In this document: piece after piece, positions 11,725 through 24,161 of the stretch
How the letters are laid out: every line of letters begins with the position of its first letter
How positions within the stretch are numbered: position 1 is the stretch's first letter
From: Mobula hypostoma
Lineage: Eukaryota
Direction of reading: 5' to 3'
DNA: 64,000 nt
Assembly: GCF_963921235.1 (NCBI RefSeq)
Contig: NC_086103.1
Coordinates: forward strand, 128,960,001 to 129,024,000
Made by a program: the position numbers and the translations under genes
The notes under the pieces: generated by a model
What the model saw: the letters and a program-made list of their open reading frames with translations, nothing else
What the model was told of the DNA's origin: nothing
The model's database searches: none

Positions 11725-13187
11725 TGATATTACACGTTTTTGTTGGGTATTGGATCTCTACCACCAGCTTTTGAACTGCCTGGGTATCAGGTGCTTGGGT
11801 TTTAGTTGTATGTTAAGTATCCACAGAAAACGTATGGCCTTCTCAAGTCCCGAGAATGAGGTAGTGAAGAACATAGAGCCATGAAATTTGGAGTCATAAG
11901 CCAGCAAACGCCATTATTAACAGAGGGGCAAGATGCTGCTCATGAAGCCACTTGTGAATGTAGGAAAATGATCTTGTTGGACATTCAAGCACACAATTGC
12001 ATTTTATTGTCATACACTTATTAAAATATTAAACAAATTGCAAAGCTACTTTAAAAATTTGTGAAGAATTAAGTGTAGGAATTTTGCTCAAATATTGGGG
12101 AGATGGTGATATGAAAAACCTGTCATTGGCATATATTTTTTGATATAGTTATCTGAGAAGGAGGTTAATTTGTGGACCAATGGCTAAATTACCAAACCTG
12201 CATAATTTAATATTCAAATGATTGTGCAGGATAGCAACATTTATGAAAAAAACTGGAAAACTGAGGGAGTTTTGATTAGTAAATGTGGTTCAAAGACCAA
12301 CAACAGGTAAAATGATAAGAACTCCAACATGGGAGTCTGGGTTGTATATGCACAAATGGGAATGGTTGAAACCCTGTTATAATTTTTCAATTGTCAAACA
12401 ATTGAGTAGTTCTATTTCTATTAACAATATTGTTTTCTTGCATTCACAAATGGCTTTGTTGACATTGGAACCACTTGGTTCAAGCTCATCAGTACAGTGC
12501 TGCAAAATGTTTTAAGTGTCACAAGCAAGGGTTCTTAATGAAATGTCAGGCAGAACGCCATGAATCAGAATAGAGGCAATCTAGCAAAGGGATTTACATA
12601 ATACTGAGATGATGCGCATAAAGCTAGATTGCGTGGGAACAGTATTTTTTTTCTATAACTGTTCTAAAACTAAAAATTATGTTCACTAGTCCCAGAATGA
12701 ACACTTTCCTACCAACACTTTAGCACTTGCCCAGTCTCACTTCTAGCTACATATTTCTTAAGAAAACTTTCCTGAACACATTGAAGAATCAGTTGTGAGA
12801 GTGGTATTTGGGGATCAATAATTGGTAATTATCATTGTACACAAGTGTCAGGCATGAAACACATTCAGGTTTCAGACATTCGCCTCCATGTAATCCATTG
12901 CCAATTTTCCTACAATCATTCTCTTGATTTACTGGATCAGATATCAGATCATGGCTACTGAGCTGGATGGGGACCGAATACTATTATTTCAAACATTTAA
13001 ATTTTAAAAATTTTAACTGTGGTTGATATTACCCACCTTCTATTTAAAATTAAGGGAATTTGTCAACCACTTACTTCTGTGACTTCCATTTATTTGGAAT
13101 GTTCCATGGACCCCAGGAAGCTAACATTACATTTCATTTGTTGCATGAAGTAAATTAATTACTTCAAAACTTACTTTGTTTTTCCAG

Positions 13188-13271
13188 AACTTAGTGGAAA
13201 TAAAAGCTGTTCTATCACCATGGCCTGGATTCAAACGATTGAAGTTTACAAAATCTCGTATTCCAGCAAAG
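13188..13271 (+). CDS. MRPL30: MRPL30 exon 2: NLVEIKAVLSPWPGFKRLKFTKSRIPAK
   Basis: tttttccag acceptor, AAG|GTGAGA donor, KFTxSRIP motif of MRPL30. Confidence 0.93.
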
Positions 13272-14308
13272 GTGAGAGCATGGTTTCCACTTTTTATATC
13301 CTGCATATAAATGAGATTTATTAACTACCTGTTAAACTGCAGTCTTCCTTAGATGGTATAAACATCTTGCAGAGCTGCACAAATGTGGTCACTTTTTTTT
13401 TGTTACTTGACAGACCTGTTTTATATCGGAACCTTGTCTTAGTTTTCTTTCACATCAATTGTCTTATGTCGATTGGTTTATAAGCAGATCTTGTATAGAT
13501 ACATTGGTAAGGAAGAAATCAGAATGCTTTAAGTGGATAGAATTCATTTTAGGACTTTGAGGTCAGGAAAGACGTTGGATAAGTGCTTGAATCTTGAAAT
13601 CAATACTTTTGGTAAGGAAAACATTGAAGGATTGGGGTGAGGGGAGTAAGGTTCTCCCACCCCACCAGTTTTATAAAATGTGTACTTCCTGTTGTCCACT
13701 GTATACCACCTGTATAAATCTCTTAGGAAGAGTATTAAGCCATAATTAATAATGAGACATTAAATAAATCAATGATTAACATTGTATCTGTGTGCATATA
13801 TGCAAATATGAAAACATTTACTTTGTATGAAGCACAGTATACATGAATTAGCACTTGGAAAACTATATGCTCTCAATGTTTGAGGGGTTGCATTTGATAA
13901 GCAACTTTGGCACAAACTTTTGTTATCAGTTTCATAACCACAAAGAATGGTGGAAATGGTATCTAACTCAAAGTAAGTACTATGTTCTCTAGTGGCTGGT
14001 AGATGTATATTTATAATCTGGGTATATAGTGGGTTGAGTATACAGACATAATTTAAGACAAAACTTTTAGAAACGTGATTATGTTAAGGACAGGACTAGC
14101 AGCTCAACAGTCCTGGCTTTCATTGTTTTAGATGTGATGGTGGTATGTATAAAAGAGGTGGAGGAGTTGCACTACTGAAAACAGAATGTCACATCAGTAC
14201 AGGTGTCCCCCGCTTTTCGAATGTTCGTTTTACGAAACCTCACTGTTACGAAAGAAGCAACCCACATAAAAGTTGCTGGTGAATGCAGCAGGCCAGGCAG
14301 CGAGGTGC

Positions 14309-14344
14309 AGTCGACGTTTCAGGCCGAGACCCTTCGTCAGGACT
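14309..14344 (-). ncRNA. Minimal type-I hammerhead ribozyme motif in PLE 3' end
   Basis: Minus strand reads AGUC-CUGACGA-AGG GUCUCGG CCU-GAAA-CGUC/GACU. Confidence 0.8.
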
Positions 14345-16703
14345 AACTGAAGGAAGAGTGAGTAAGGGATTTGAAAGTTGGAGGGGGAGGGGGAGATCCA
14401 AAATGATAGGAGAAGACAGGAGGGGGAGGGATGGAGCCAAGAGCTGGACAGGTGATAGGCAAAAGGGATATGAGAGGATCATGGGACAGGAGGTCCGGGA
14501 AGAAAGACAAGGGGGGAGGGGACCCAGAGGATGGGCAAGGGGTATATTCAGAGGGACAGAGGGAGAAAAAGGAGAGTGAGAGAAAGAATGTGTGTATAAA
14601 AATAAGTAACAGATGGGGTACGAGGGGGAGGTGGGCATTAGCGGAAGTTAGAGAAGTCGATGTTCATGCCATCAGGTTGGAGGCTACCCAGACGGAATAT
14701 AAGGTGTTGTTCCTCCAACCTGAGTGTGGCTTCATCTTTACAGTAGAGGAGGCCGTGGATAGACACGTCAGAATGGGAATGGGATGTGGAATTAAAATGT
14801 GTGGCCACTGGGCGATCCTGCTTTCTCTGGCGGACAGAGCATAGATGTTCAGCAAAGTGGTCTCCCAGTCTGCGTCGGGTCTCGCCAATATATACAAGGC
14901 CACATCGGGAGCACCGGACGCAGTATATCACCCCAGTCGACTCACAGGTGAAGTGTTGCCTCACCTGGAAGGACAGTTTGGGGCCCTGAATGGTGGTAAG
15001 GGAGGAAGTGTAAGGGCATGTGTAGCACTTGTTCCGCTTACACGGATAAGTGCCACGAGGGAGATCAGTGGGGAGGGATGGGGGGGATGAATGGACAAGG
15101 GAGTTGCGTAGGGGGCGATCCCTGCGGAATGCAGAGAGGCGGGGGAGGGAAAGATGTGCTTAGTGGTGGGATCCCGTTGGAGGTGGCGGAAGTTACGGAG
15201 AATAATATGTTGGACCCGGAGGCTGGTGGGGTGGTAGGTGAGGACCAGGGGAACCCTATTCCTAGTGGGGTGGCGGGAGGATGGAGTGAGAGCAGATGTA
15301 CGTGAAATGGGGGAGATGCGTTTAAGAGCAGAGCATACATCGACGACTGCATTGGCGCTGCTTCCTGCACGCATGCAGAACTCGTTGACTTTATTAATTT
15401 TGCCTCCAACTTTCACCCTGTCCTCAAGTTTACCTGGTCTATTTCCAACACCTCCCTCCCCTTTCTAGATCTTTCTGTCTCTGTCTCTGGAGACAGCTTA
15501 TCCACTGATGTCTACTATAAGCCTTCTGACTCTCACAGCTATCTGGACTATTCCTCTTCTCACCCTGTCTCTTGCAAAAACGCCATTCCCTTCTCGCAAT
15601 TCCTCCGTCTCCGCGGCATCTGCTCTCAGGATGAGGCTTTTCATTCTAGGACGAGGGAGATGTCTTCCTTTTTTAAAGAAAGGGGCTTCCCTTCCTCCAC
15701 TATCAACTCTGCTCTTAAACGCATCTCCCCCATTTCACGTACATCTGCTCTCACTCCATCCTCCCGCCACCCCACTAGGAATAAGGTTCCCCTGGTCCTC
15801 ACCTACCACCCCACCAGCCTCCGGGTCCAACATATTATTCTCCGTAACTTCCGCCACCTCCAACGGGATCCCACCACTAAAGATCCCACATCTTTCCCTC
15901 CCCCCCTGCATTCCACAGGGATCGCTCCCTACGCAACTCCCTTGTCCATTCGTTTCCCCCCATCCCTCCCCACTGATCTCCCTCGTGGCACTTATCCGTG
16001 TAAGCGGAACAAGTGCTACACATGCCCTTACACTTCCTCCCTTACCACCATTCAGGGCCCCAAACAGTCCGTCCAGGTGAGGCAACACTTCACCTGTGAG
16101 TCGACTGGGGTGATATACTGCATCCGGTGCTCCCGATGTGGCCTTTTATATATTGGCGAGACCCGACGCAGACTGGGAGACCGCTTTGCTGAACACCTAC
16201 GCTCTGTCCGCCAGAGAAAGCAGCATCTCCCAGTGGCCACACATTTTAATTCCACATCCCATTCCCATTCTGACATGTCTATCCACGGCCTCCTCTACTG
16301 TAAAGATGAAGCCACACTCAGGTTGGAGGAACAACACCTTATATTCCGTCTGGGTAGCCTCCAACCTGATGGCATGAACATCGACTTCTCTAACTTCCGC
16401 TAATGCCCCACCTCCCCCTCATACCCCTTCCGTTATTTATTTTTATACACACATTCTTTCTCTCACTCTAATTTTTCTCCCTCTGTCCCTCTGACTATAT
16501 CCTTTGCCCATCCTCTGGTTCTGCCCGCCCCCCCCCCCGGTCTTTCTCCCTGGACCTCCTGTCCCATGATCCTCTCATATCCCCTTTGCCAATCACCTGT
16601 CCGGCTCTTGGCTCCATCCCTCCCCCTCCTGTCTTCTCCTATCATTTTGGATCTCCCCCTCCCCCTCCAACTTCCAAATCCCTTACTCACTCTTCCTTCA
16701 GTT

Positions 16704-16739
16704 AGTCCTGACGAGGGGTCTCGGCCTGAAACGTCGACT
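16704..16739 (+). ncRNA. Minimal type-I hammerhead ribozyme motif, sense to the MRPL30 pre-mRNA
   Basis: AGUC-CUGACGA-GGG GUCUCGG CCU-GAAA-CGUC/GACU; predicted cleavage after 16735. Confidence 0.8.
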
Positions 16740-17607
16740 GCACCTCTTCCTAGAGATGCTGCCTGGCCTGCTGCATTCACCAGCAACTTTTATGTGTGTT
16801 GCTTGAATTTCCGGCATCTGCAGAATTCCTGTTGTCTGTTACGAAAGACCTACATTAGTACCTTGTTTTCACTTTCAGAAGGTGTTTCCACTGTTATGAA
16901 AAAAATCAGCGTGCAATAAAAGGCAGCGCGCCGCGCACTCTGAGCAGCTGCTCTCCCCTGGATTCGGAACTGCATTCTCGCCAGCATTGCTTTACCACGT
17001 GCCTGTGAGCAGCCGTTTGCAAGATGAGTTCTAAGGTATTTGAAGAGCCTGAAAGAGCTCGTAAGGGTGTTACACTTAGCGTAAAACTAGATATAATTAA
17101 GCGTTTTGATCGTGGCGAACGAAGTAAGGACTGAGTGAGTTTGGCTTGTGGAAGCTGACGAAGAGTGATGTTGAAGAGGTTTTGGCATCCCATGACCAAG
17201 AACTGGTAGATGAAGAGCTGATGCAATTGGAAGAGGAAAGGATAACAATCGAAATCAAATGCAGTAGCGAAATGTGTGTGAAGCAATGGCGTGAGATTTT
17301 CGCTGCAATGATAAAGTACGACTTTAATTTTGAAAGGGTATGTAGGCTTAGGGTATATTCGTAAGATGGTTTGAGTCCTTACAAAGAACTGTATGATAGA
17401 AAAATGCGCGAGGCTCAGCAGTCAAGCAAGCCTTCCACATCAGCCACAGCAGACGATGAACCTCGACCTTTGACATCGAGGCGGGCAGTCACAGGAGAAG
17501 ATAAGCTGCCTGCTCTAATGGAAACAGACAACGAGATGACACCCCAGTGTCCCACCACCCCAACCCCCGGGCCACGGACAGATACCGATTCGCGGAGAAT
17601 GCGACGA

Positions 17608-17820
17608 TAGCTGGGAGGCACACAGCACATCTTTAAGAAAAAAGCCGAAATAAACATGCTAATTAATTAGGTGCCGCCCCACACGTAAATGTCGGCCCAG
17701 ATCAGAGGCGATGCAATCGGCAATGATCTGGGCCGACAGTTACGTGTCGGGCGGCACTTAAGTAATTAACATGTTCATTTCGGCTTTTTTCTTAAAGATG
17801 TGCTGTGTGCCTCTCGGCTA
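17608..17820. repeat. About 97-bp inverted repeat with a ~19-nt spacer inside the Tigger element
   Basis: gaggcacacagcacatctttaagaaaaaagccgaaa...gtcggcccagatca pairs with tgatctgggccgac...tttcggcttttttcttaaagatgtgctgtgtgcctc. Confidence 0.9.
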
Positions 17821-18398
17821 CCGCTGGACCCCTGCGTGCTTCGCAGCAATGTATTGGTCGGTGGCCTGGAGGGTGGGGGCCACTGCACCACCTAAACTCT
17901 GACGACTCAGTCTAACACACCATCATCAGTGTGCTCGGCGCTGTCTTCCTGATTCCAGTAAGTGATGCTACACTGTACATACATTATTTCTACTTTATAT
18001 AGGCTGTGTATTTTTACGTATTATTTGGTATGATTTGGCAGCTTCATAGCTTAAAGGTTACTGGACATCGCTTGCGTGAGATTTTCTGCTGAGAGCACTT
18101 GCACGAGATTTTTGCTTTGGCGAACAGTGCCGGCAATGATTGTGGAAAAGTATTTCTACTTTATGTAGGCTGTGTATATATCATATTATTCTTGCTTTTA
18201 CTATATGTTACTGTTATTTTAGGTTTTATGTGTTATTTGGCATGATTTGGTAGGTTATTTTTGGGTCTGCGAACGCTCACAAAATTTTCCCATATAAATA
18301 AATGGTAATTGCTTCTTCGCATTTTGGCTTACGAACCATTTCATAGGAACGCTCTACCTTCGGATGGCAGGGGAAACCTGTATTAGAGGATGCACATC

Positions 18399-18540
18399 AT
18401 AAGAACTGAATGAAGTGTCTCAGCCTGAAACATCCATGTTTATTCTCCCACCCCCATAGATGCTGTCTGATTTGCTGAGTTCCTCCAGCATTTTTATGTG
18501 TACTGCTCCAGATTTCCAACATCTGCAGAAACTTGCATTT
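18399..18540 (+). mobile_element. Short PLE 3'-terminal fragment with decayed hammerhead
   Basis: gaatgaagtgtctcagcctgaaacatc...catagatgctgtctgatttgctgagttcctccagcat...atctgcagaa. Confidence 0.65.
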
Positions 18541-19053
18541 ATTTCTGGGTACTGTACTTCAAAAATGTTGCAGCCTAAAGCCTGATAAGTGTGTTTATGG
18601 GTTTACAATCTCAAATCCTTAAAGGGTATCTTTTTATTTTTGATCTTGAGATTTACTGCAATAGTATGAAGGAAGAGGGAATTATATGGAGACGAGAAGT
18701 TAAATCAATTCTATTTATAGCCAAGATGATCGTGAACTTGACAATATTTAAAATTGTTCAAAGTAAATTTAATAATGAAGTACACCTGTCACAGTATGCA
18801 ACCCTGAGATCCATTTTCTTCTGGGCATATTCAAATTCAATAACCATAATAGAATCAATGAAGGATTGTACCAACAGGGTGAACAACCGGTGTGCAAAAG
18901 ACAACAAAATGTGCAAATACAAAAATGAAGAAAGGAAACAAATAAGCAATAAATATCAAACAGAGTCCTTAAAGGTTTGTCCAAAGATTGCGGAAGCAGT
19001 TCAGTGCTGGGGCAAGTGTTATCCCCACTGGTTCAAGAGCCTGATAGTTGAGG

Positions 19054-20589
19054 GGTGCTAGAAAGTTTGTGGATCCCGGAGAATTTTCTCTATTTCTACA
19101 TGTATATGACCTAAAATGTTATCAGATCTTCACATGAGTACTAAAACTGGATAAAGAGAACCCAATTAAATAAACAACACAAAAAACTTACTTGTTCATT
19201 TATTTATTGAGAAAAATGATCTAATATTACATGTATTTGTTGGATAAGGTATGTGAACCCCTAGGGTAATGCCTTCCACAAAAGCTATTTGTTGTCAGGT
19301 GTTCCAGTCAATAAGATGAGATTAGAGGTGGTGGGTTGTAGCGGTGTCCTTGTCTATTTAAAAAAAGCGCACAACAGTCAGGTTACTGACTTTCTCAAGG
19401 AAGATCTGTTTATGTGCACCATGCCTTAATCAAAACAACTTCCAGAGGACCTCAGAAGAATTGTGGAGGTAGCCTTTTCCAGCTTCATGCACAAAAGCAT
19501 TTCTAAAGACCTGAGTGTTTATCAGTCCACAGTAAGGGAAACTATCTACAAATGGAGGAAACTAGTCTTCCTAGGAGTGGGCATCCTGCAAAGATCACAC
19601 CAAGAACACAACATGTAATGATGAAGGAGGTGAAAAAGAACCCAAGGGTAACAGCAAAAGACATAAGGAAATCTCCAGAACCTGCTGAAGTCTCTGTTCA
19701 TGTATCCACTATAAGAAAAACACTAGGCAAGAATGGTGTTCATGGAAGGCCACCATGGAGGAAGCCACTGCTCTCCAAAAAAAAACATTGCTGCATGTCT
19801 CAAGTTTACAAAAGACCAACTGGATGTGCTATAACGCTTCTTGGACAATGTTCTGTGGACAGATGAGACAAAAGTTGGACTTTTGGAAGATACGCACATT
19901 GCTGTGTTTGGAGGAAAAAGGGCAATGCACACCAACACCAAAACCTCATCCCAACTGTGAAGGTAGAAGGAGCATCATATTTGGGGTTGCTTTGCTGCCT
20001 CGGCCTGGACTGCCTGCAGTAGTTGAGGAACAAGAAATTCAAAATTGTATCAACATTTTACTGGAGAATGTCAGGGTAGCAGTCATTCACTGAAGCTTAA
20101 TCGAAGTTTGGTAATACAACAACAATGATCCTAAAGGTGAGTAAATCAACAGAATGGTTTAAAAGGAAAATGTGTTTTGGAATGGCCGAGTCAAAGTCCT
20201 GACCTTAATCCTATAGAAATGTTGTGGAAGGACCTGCAGCTAGCAGTTCATGTGAGGAAGCCCACCAACATCCCAGAGTTGAGGCAGTTTTGTAAGGAGG
20301 AATGGCCGAAGATTCCTCCAAGCTGATGTGCAGGACTTATCAACAGTTACCAGAAATGTTTGGTTGAAGTTGTTGCTGTACAAATGGGTCACACCAGTTA
20401 CTGAAAGCAAAAGTCCACATAATTTTTTTCAAACAAATACAAGTAATATTGGATCATTTTTCTCAATAATAAATTGTATCAGTATATTGTTTTCGTGTCA
20501 TTTATTTAATTGGGTTCTATTTATCTAGTTGCAGGACGTGTGAAGATCTGATCACATTTTTGGTCATTTATGCAGAAATAGAGAAAATT
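19054..20589 (+). mobile_element. Degenerate Tc1-like transposon
   Basis: Remnants [45 protein letters not shown]. Long terminal inverted similarity (aattttctctatttct...cagatcttcac / gtgaagatctg...agaaatagagaaaatt). Confidence 0.85.
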
Positions 20590-20959
20590 GCTGATGGAGA
20601 TTGTGGAGGAGGTGTTGCTGGTTAAACAAGGTCTCCTGCCATAGAAGGGTTGGCCATTAAATGATACCCATGGGAAAACTAGTTGATCATTGCAGAATTT
20701 TTTTGTTACAAATATAGTGGGCAGCTTGAAAGAGTAGAACTAGATTCAGTAAAGATTTTCAAAACGGAATTGAATAAATGCTTGAGGGAAATGCTGCAAG
20801 TTTATGGGAAAAGAACAAGGGAATGGGATCAGTTTGATTAGCACCACAATTTGAGAATACACGCTCATCATCCCAAGTTTGCAATTTAGGTTTGGTTAAG
20901 AGTCTTATAACTTATTTGATTTATCTATCCACACTTGTATTTGTCATCATTGGTTATAG

Positions 20960-21106
20960 ATGTTTGAAGTAGGACCAGCAGATCATGAAAAGTATAATGG
21001 CGATCCAAACCAGCCACATCAACTGCACATCATTACCAGAATTAAATGTACAAAACGACGTCCATATTGGGAAAAGAAAATTGTTCATGACCTTGGATTG
21101 GATAAG
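20960..21106 (+). CDS. MRPL30: MRPL30 exon 3: [49 protein letters not shown]
   Basis: Strong match to the MRPL30 motif DHEKYxGDPxxPHxLHIxTRIKSTxRRPYWEK. AG and GT boundaries; 147 nt. Confidence 0.97.
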
Positions 21107-23822
21107 GTAAATTATCCTTTACATATGTCTTTTGTATTTGCTTATAATACTTTGGTCTGTGATTTAATACAGTTGTTTTGTTTTCAGTTTTAAACCAATG
21201 AAACCTTTTTTGATTTTTGTCCCTTTGGTAGTCCAAACCCATCGTTCTATTGCATCTTTGCTATTTAGCTGCTGGATCCAACCTTTTTCCTCAATGACCT
21301 ACTTGACCTTTCGGCCCTACAGTGGGTCCTTTCTACTTAACATCCTTAAACGACTAATGTGATGGCTGCACAATTTTTTAGTACATGTCGTTTCACTCTG
21401 ATGACGTCAACTTTAAAGCTTCATTCAGTTCTTAATCTTATGATTTTGTATACTTTTACAAAAATATACAAAACAGTAAATATAAAAAAAAATTATTTGT
21501 AAACTGGTCTAAATATATCCAGTCATTCTCAAACACAAGTGCCTGACACTGATGATTAGCTCTATGATTCCTCCCTGCATAATCTTCATTAGCTGAATCT
21601 CAACTGCAGCAATTAGAATAAAAAATAAACTTGGAGATAGAGTCTAACTAGACTTAACTTTGCTTTAAGTTTAACAGCATTCTGTTGGCTTTGCTATTGC
21701 CCTATATTGCCAGAATAGTTTGAAATTTTAGGTTCTTCACTCATTCTTGAGCTTTTCCTTCATTTTTCATAGCATGCATTTTGGCTATTTTTCCATGTAC
21801 ATAATAGTGTAAATTTGTGCATTAAATTGTATGTGCTATTATTCAGACTATTTGCATTTTATTTAGCTCCTCTTCAGTTCAGTGGAAGAACCCCTTCATT
21901 GCTCCACTGAATTTTACTTCAAATGGCTCTTGTAACCACCAATTTATGTAGACAGTCACTTCCTCAAAATTATGGTAGTCAACTATATCCTCCCTGTCTA
22001 AAAGAATGTTTACTAGGAAATTTTTAAATGGGTAATCTTGGGTGCACCCGTGAACTATTTTACTTACATTGAAGTGAAACATAATTTTAAACCATAAGAC
22101 ATGGGAGCAGAATTAGGCCATTTGGCCCATCGAGTCTGCTCCACCATTTCATAATGGCTGATCTATTTTTCCACTCAGCCACAATCTCCTGCCTTCACCC
22201 CATATCAGTTCATGTCCTGACAAATCAAGAATCGTATCAGCCTCTGCTTTAAACATATGTAAAGACTTGGCCTCCAATGCTGCCCACGGCAACAAATTCG
22301 CTACTCACTGGCTGGAGAATTTGCTCACGTATTTCAGTGCACTTTTTTAAAATGGGCCAAATTGCACTGTTACCAGGTACTTCAATAGGGGAAATGCTGG
22401 ATGAAGTGGAGGCTAGTTATTGAGCTGAGAGGGACAGTTACATTTCAAATCCAGTCCGGAGTTTTGTCCCAAATCATCTTTGTTCAGTGACCCCACAGCT
22501 CTACACTTAGGTTTGAACATGATCTTGAGTGATGTCTGTGGGAGTTTGGATGTTCTGTCACTGGCTGGGTTTCTTCTGGGTGCTGTTTCATTTCTAAGTT
22601 AACTGGCTACTGCAAATTAACCCCTGGTATAGGTTAGTTTTCAGAAGAACCGAAGGACAGTTAATAAGCATGCAAGAGAACAAGTTTTGCCAGGATAGGT
22701 AAATGAAAAGGAGAAAGGAATTGATGGGATTGCTGTATTAGGAGGCTGAAATTTTATCATGTCATAATAACTAAAGAAAAAAAGGCCCCTAACTGTCCCT
22801 CTACCCTCATTTTTGAGACTTGTAAATAGTTTTTGACAGTCATGAGCTATCAGGGCATAAGTGGTATACTTGGATGTATAGAGTCAATTCTATTTGCTGG
22901 GTTTTTCTGTGCATGTGTACCGTCATATTCAGCACTATCACTGGCATTCCTGGTTCTGTTGGAAGTATTAATCAAATCCATCCTTTTGATCATTTTTTGG
23001 CATGACTTTTAATGTTATGGTCCTTGTTCATGGTTAAAATTCATCAGCTAATCCTATATGCATCAAAATAAACATTCATTTGAGATGTCATATCAAAGGG
23101 CAAGTTGACATTTCTGGCAATAGTTAAAACTTGTAACTCAAGAGAAAATGGCAGGAATCTAAACAGAATGATGTAAATTACCTAAATGTAATTGCTGCCC
23201 TATTTACTGCAGGAGGAAAACATTTTTCAAGGACAAATTTAAGAGGGTGGTAACCTGGAATTCATTGCCACAGAAGGTTGTGGAGGCCAAGTAATTGGGT
23301 GTATTTAAGATAGACCTTCATAGGTTAATTGGTAAGGGAATTAAGGGTTAGGTAGAGCAGCATGGCTGATTAATAATGACTTATTTAAAGATCACTTTTC
23401 ATACAAATGTATGAAATTTTGATTGGCCTAATTTTGTTTCTGTAGCTTGTTGCCTTCCACATAACTTAGCACAGATATTGAATATTCTTTTTAAGGATGG
23501 TTAACAAAAATATTACTCATGATTGAGTACATGCTAATCCCAAATGGTACAATGCTTTACACTTACAACACCTTGATTAGGTCTACCCTGCTTAGAAACA
23601 GCAAAATATTTTAAAGCTAAAGAGTGGCTGCATTTGTTGCACCAAGGTTTGCATTAAGATTTTGCAGTGATATTGAGAGTAGCTATTAAGATAATGAATG
23701 CCATTCAGAGTTCATAGGTAGGTAAGTTTGTTCAATCAGATTTCTAAAAAGACAGTTTCTTAGTTACACTTCAGTTGACTTAGTTACGTATTTTAAGTAA
23801 CTTCAAAATATTCTCTCACCAG

Positions 23823-23896
23823 TCAAATCAGCCGCAGATCCATAAGAATATTCCATCAGTTAATAGTAAATTGAAAGTCATCAAGCATCTTATAAG
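23823..23896 (+). CDS. MRPL30: MRPL30 exon 4: [24 protein letters not shown](R)
   Basis: [19 protein letters not shown] motif, ctcaccag acceptor, AG|GTATGT donor; 74 nt. Confidence 0.97.
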
Positions 23897-23998
23897 GTAT
23901 GTGAGCACCTTTTATATTAAACGAAAGCACTTTTTTTCCTTTTGGTATAAATTTCAATTTTGACTAAGAGTTGGTGACAATGTTTTGTATACTTCCAG

Positions 23999-24131
23999 AG
24001 TGCAACCTCTGAAACTACCACAAGGACTACCGACAGAGCAGGAACTAGCTGACACTTACCTGAAGAGCACTGGGGAATTAATAATAAGACGACACCTTCA
24101 ACCATTCAAAGAAAAAAGTCATGAATCTTAA
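23999..24131 (+). CDS. MRPL30: MRPL30 last exon: VQPLKLPQGLPTEQELADTYLKSTGELIIRRHLQPFKEKSHES*
   Basis: PLKLPQGLP...LKSTGEL...HES matches MRPL30. TAA at 24129-24131. Total CDS is 474 nt (157 aa). Confidence 0.97.
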
Positions 24132-24155
24132 ATTGCTACTTATCCTTGTACATGA

Positions 24156-24161
24156 AATAAA
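24156..24161 (+). terminator. Candidate MRPL30 polyadenylation signal AATAAA (second candidate at 24621-24626)
   Basis: AATAAA 25 nt after the stop codon. Confidence 0.55.

Larger units (their letters stand above)
14256..16835 (+). mobile_element. Penelope-like element, 5'-truncated (+, 15334-16835), with an inverted 3' copy (14256-15333)
   Basis: RT motif YIDDCIG near 15336. GIY-YIG ORF 15660..16403 (GVIYCIRC..C.LLYIGETRRRLGDRFAEH). Perfect 13-bp TSD ctgttacgaaaga at 14243-14255 and 16836-16848. Confidence 0.93.
14200..18380 (+). mobile_element. Internally deleted Tigger/pogo-like DNA transposon, interrupted by a PLE at 14256-16835
   Basis: TA TSDs (14198-99, 18381-82) and imperfect TIRs (caggtgtcccccgc / rc caggtttcccctgc). 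Remnant N-terminal HTH RKGVTLSVKLDIIKRFDRGE near 17060 is followed directly by a C-terminal DVEEVLASHDQELVDEELMQLEEE. Confidence 0.8.

Noticed and set aside
14246-16919. Repeated short ORFs (MLVNAAGQAAS..., MILSYPLC...) here and at 33.4, 51.3 and 54.7 kb, suggesting a gene family
   Set aside because: They are incidental frames in the PLE 3'UTR; the repetition reflects TE copies.
20960-21193. Stand-alone 77-aa ORF starting at an ATG
   Set aside because: It is internal MRPL30 exon 3 reading on into the intron; the ATG directly follows the acceptor AG.
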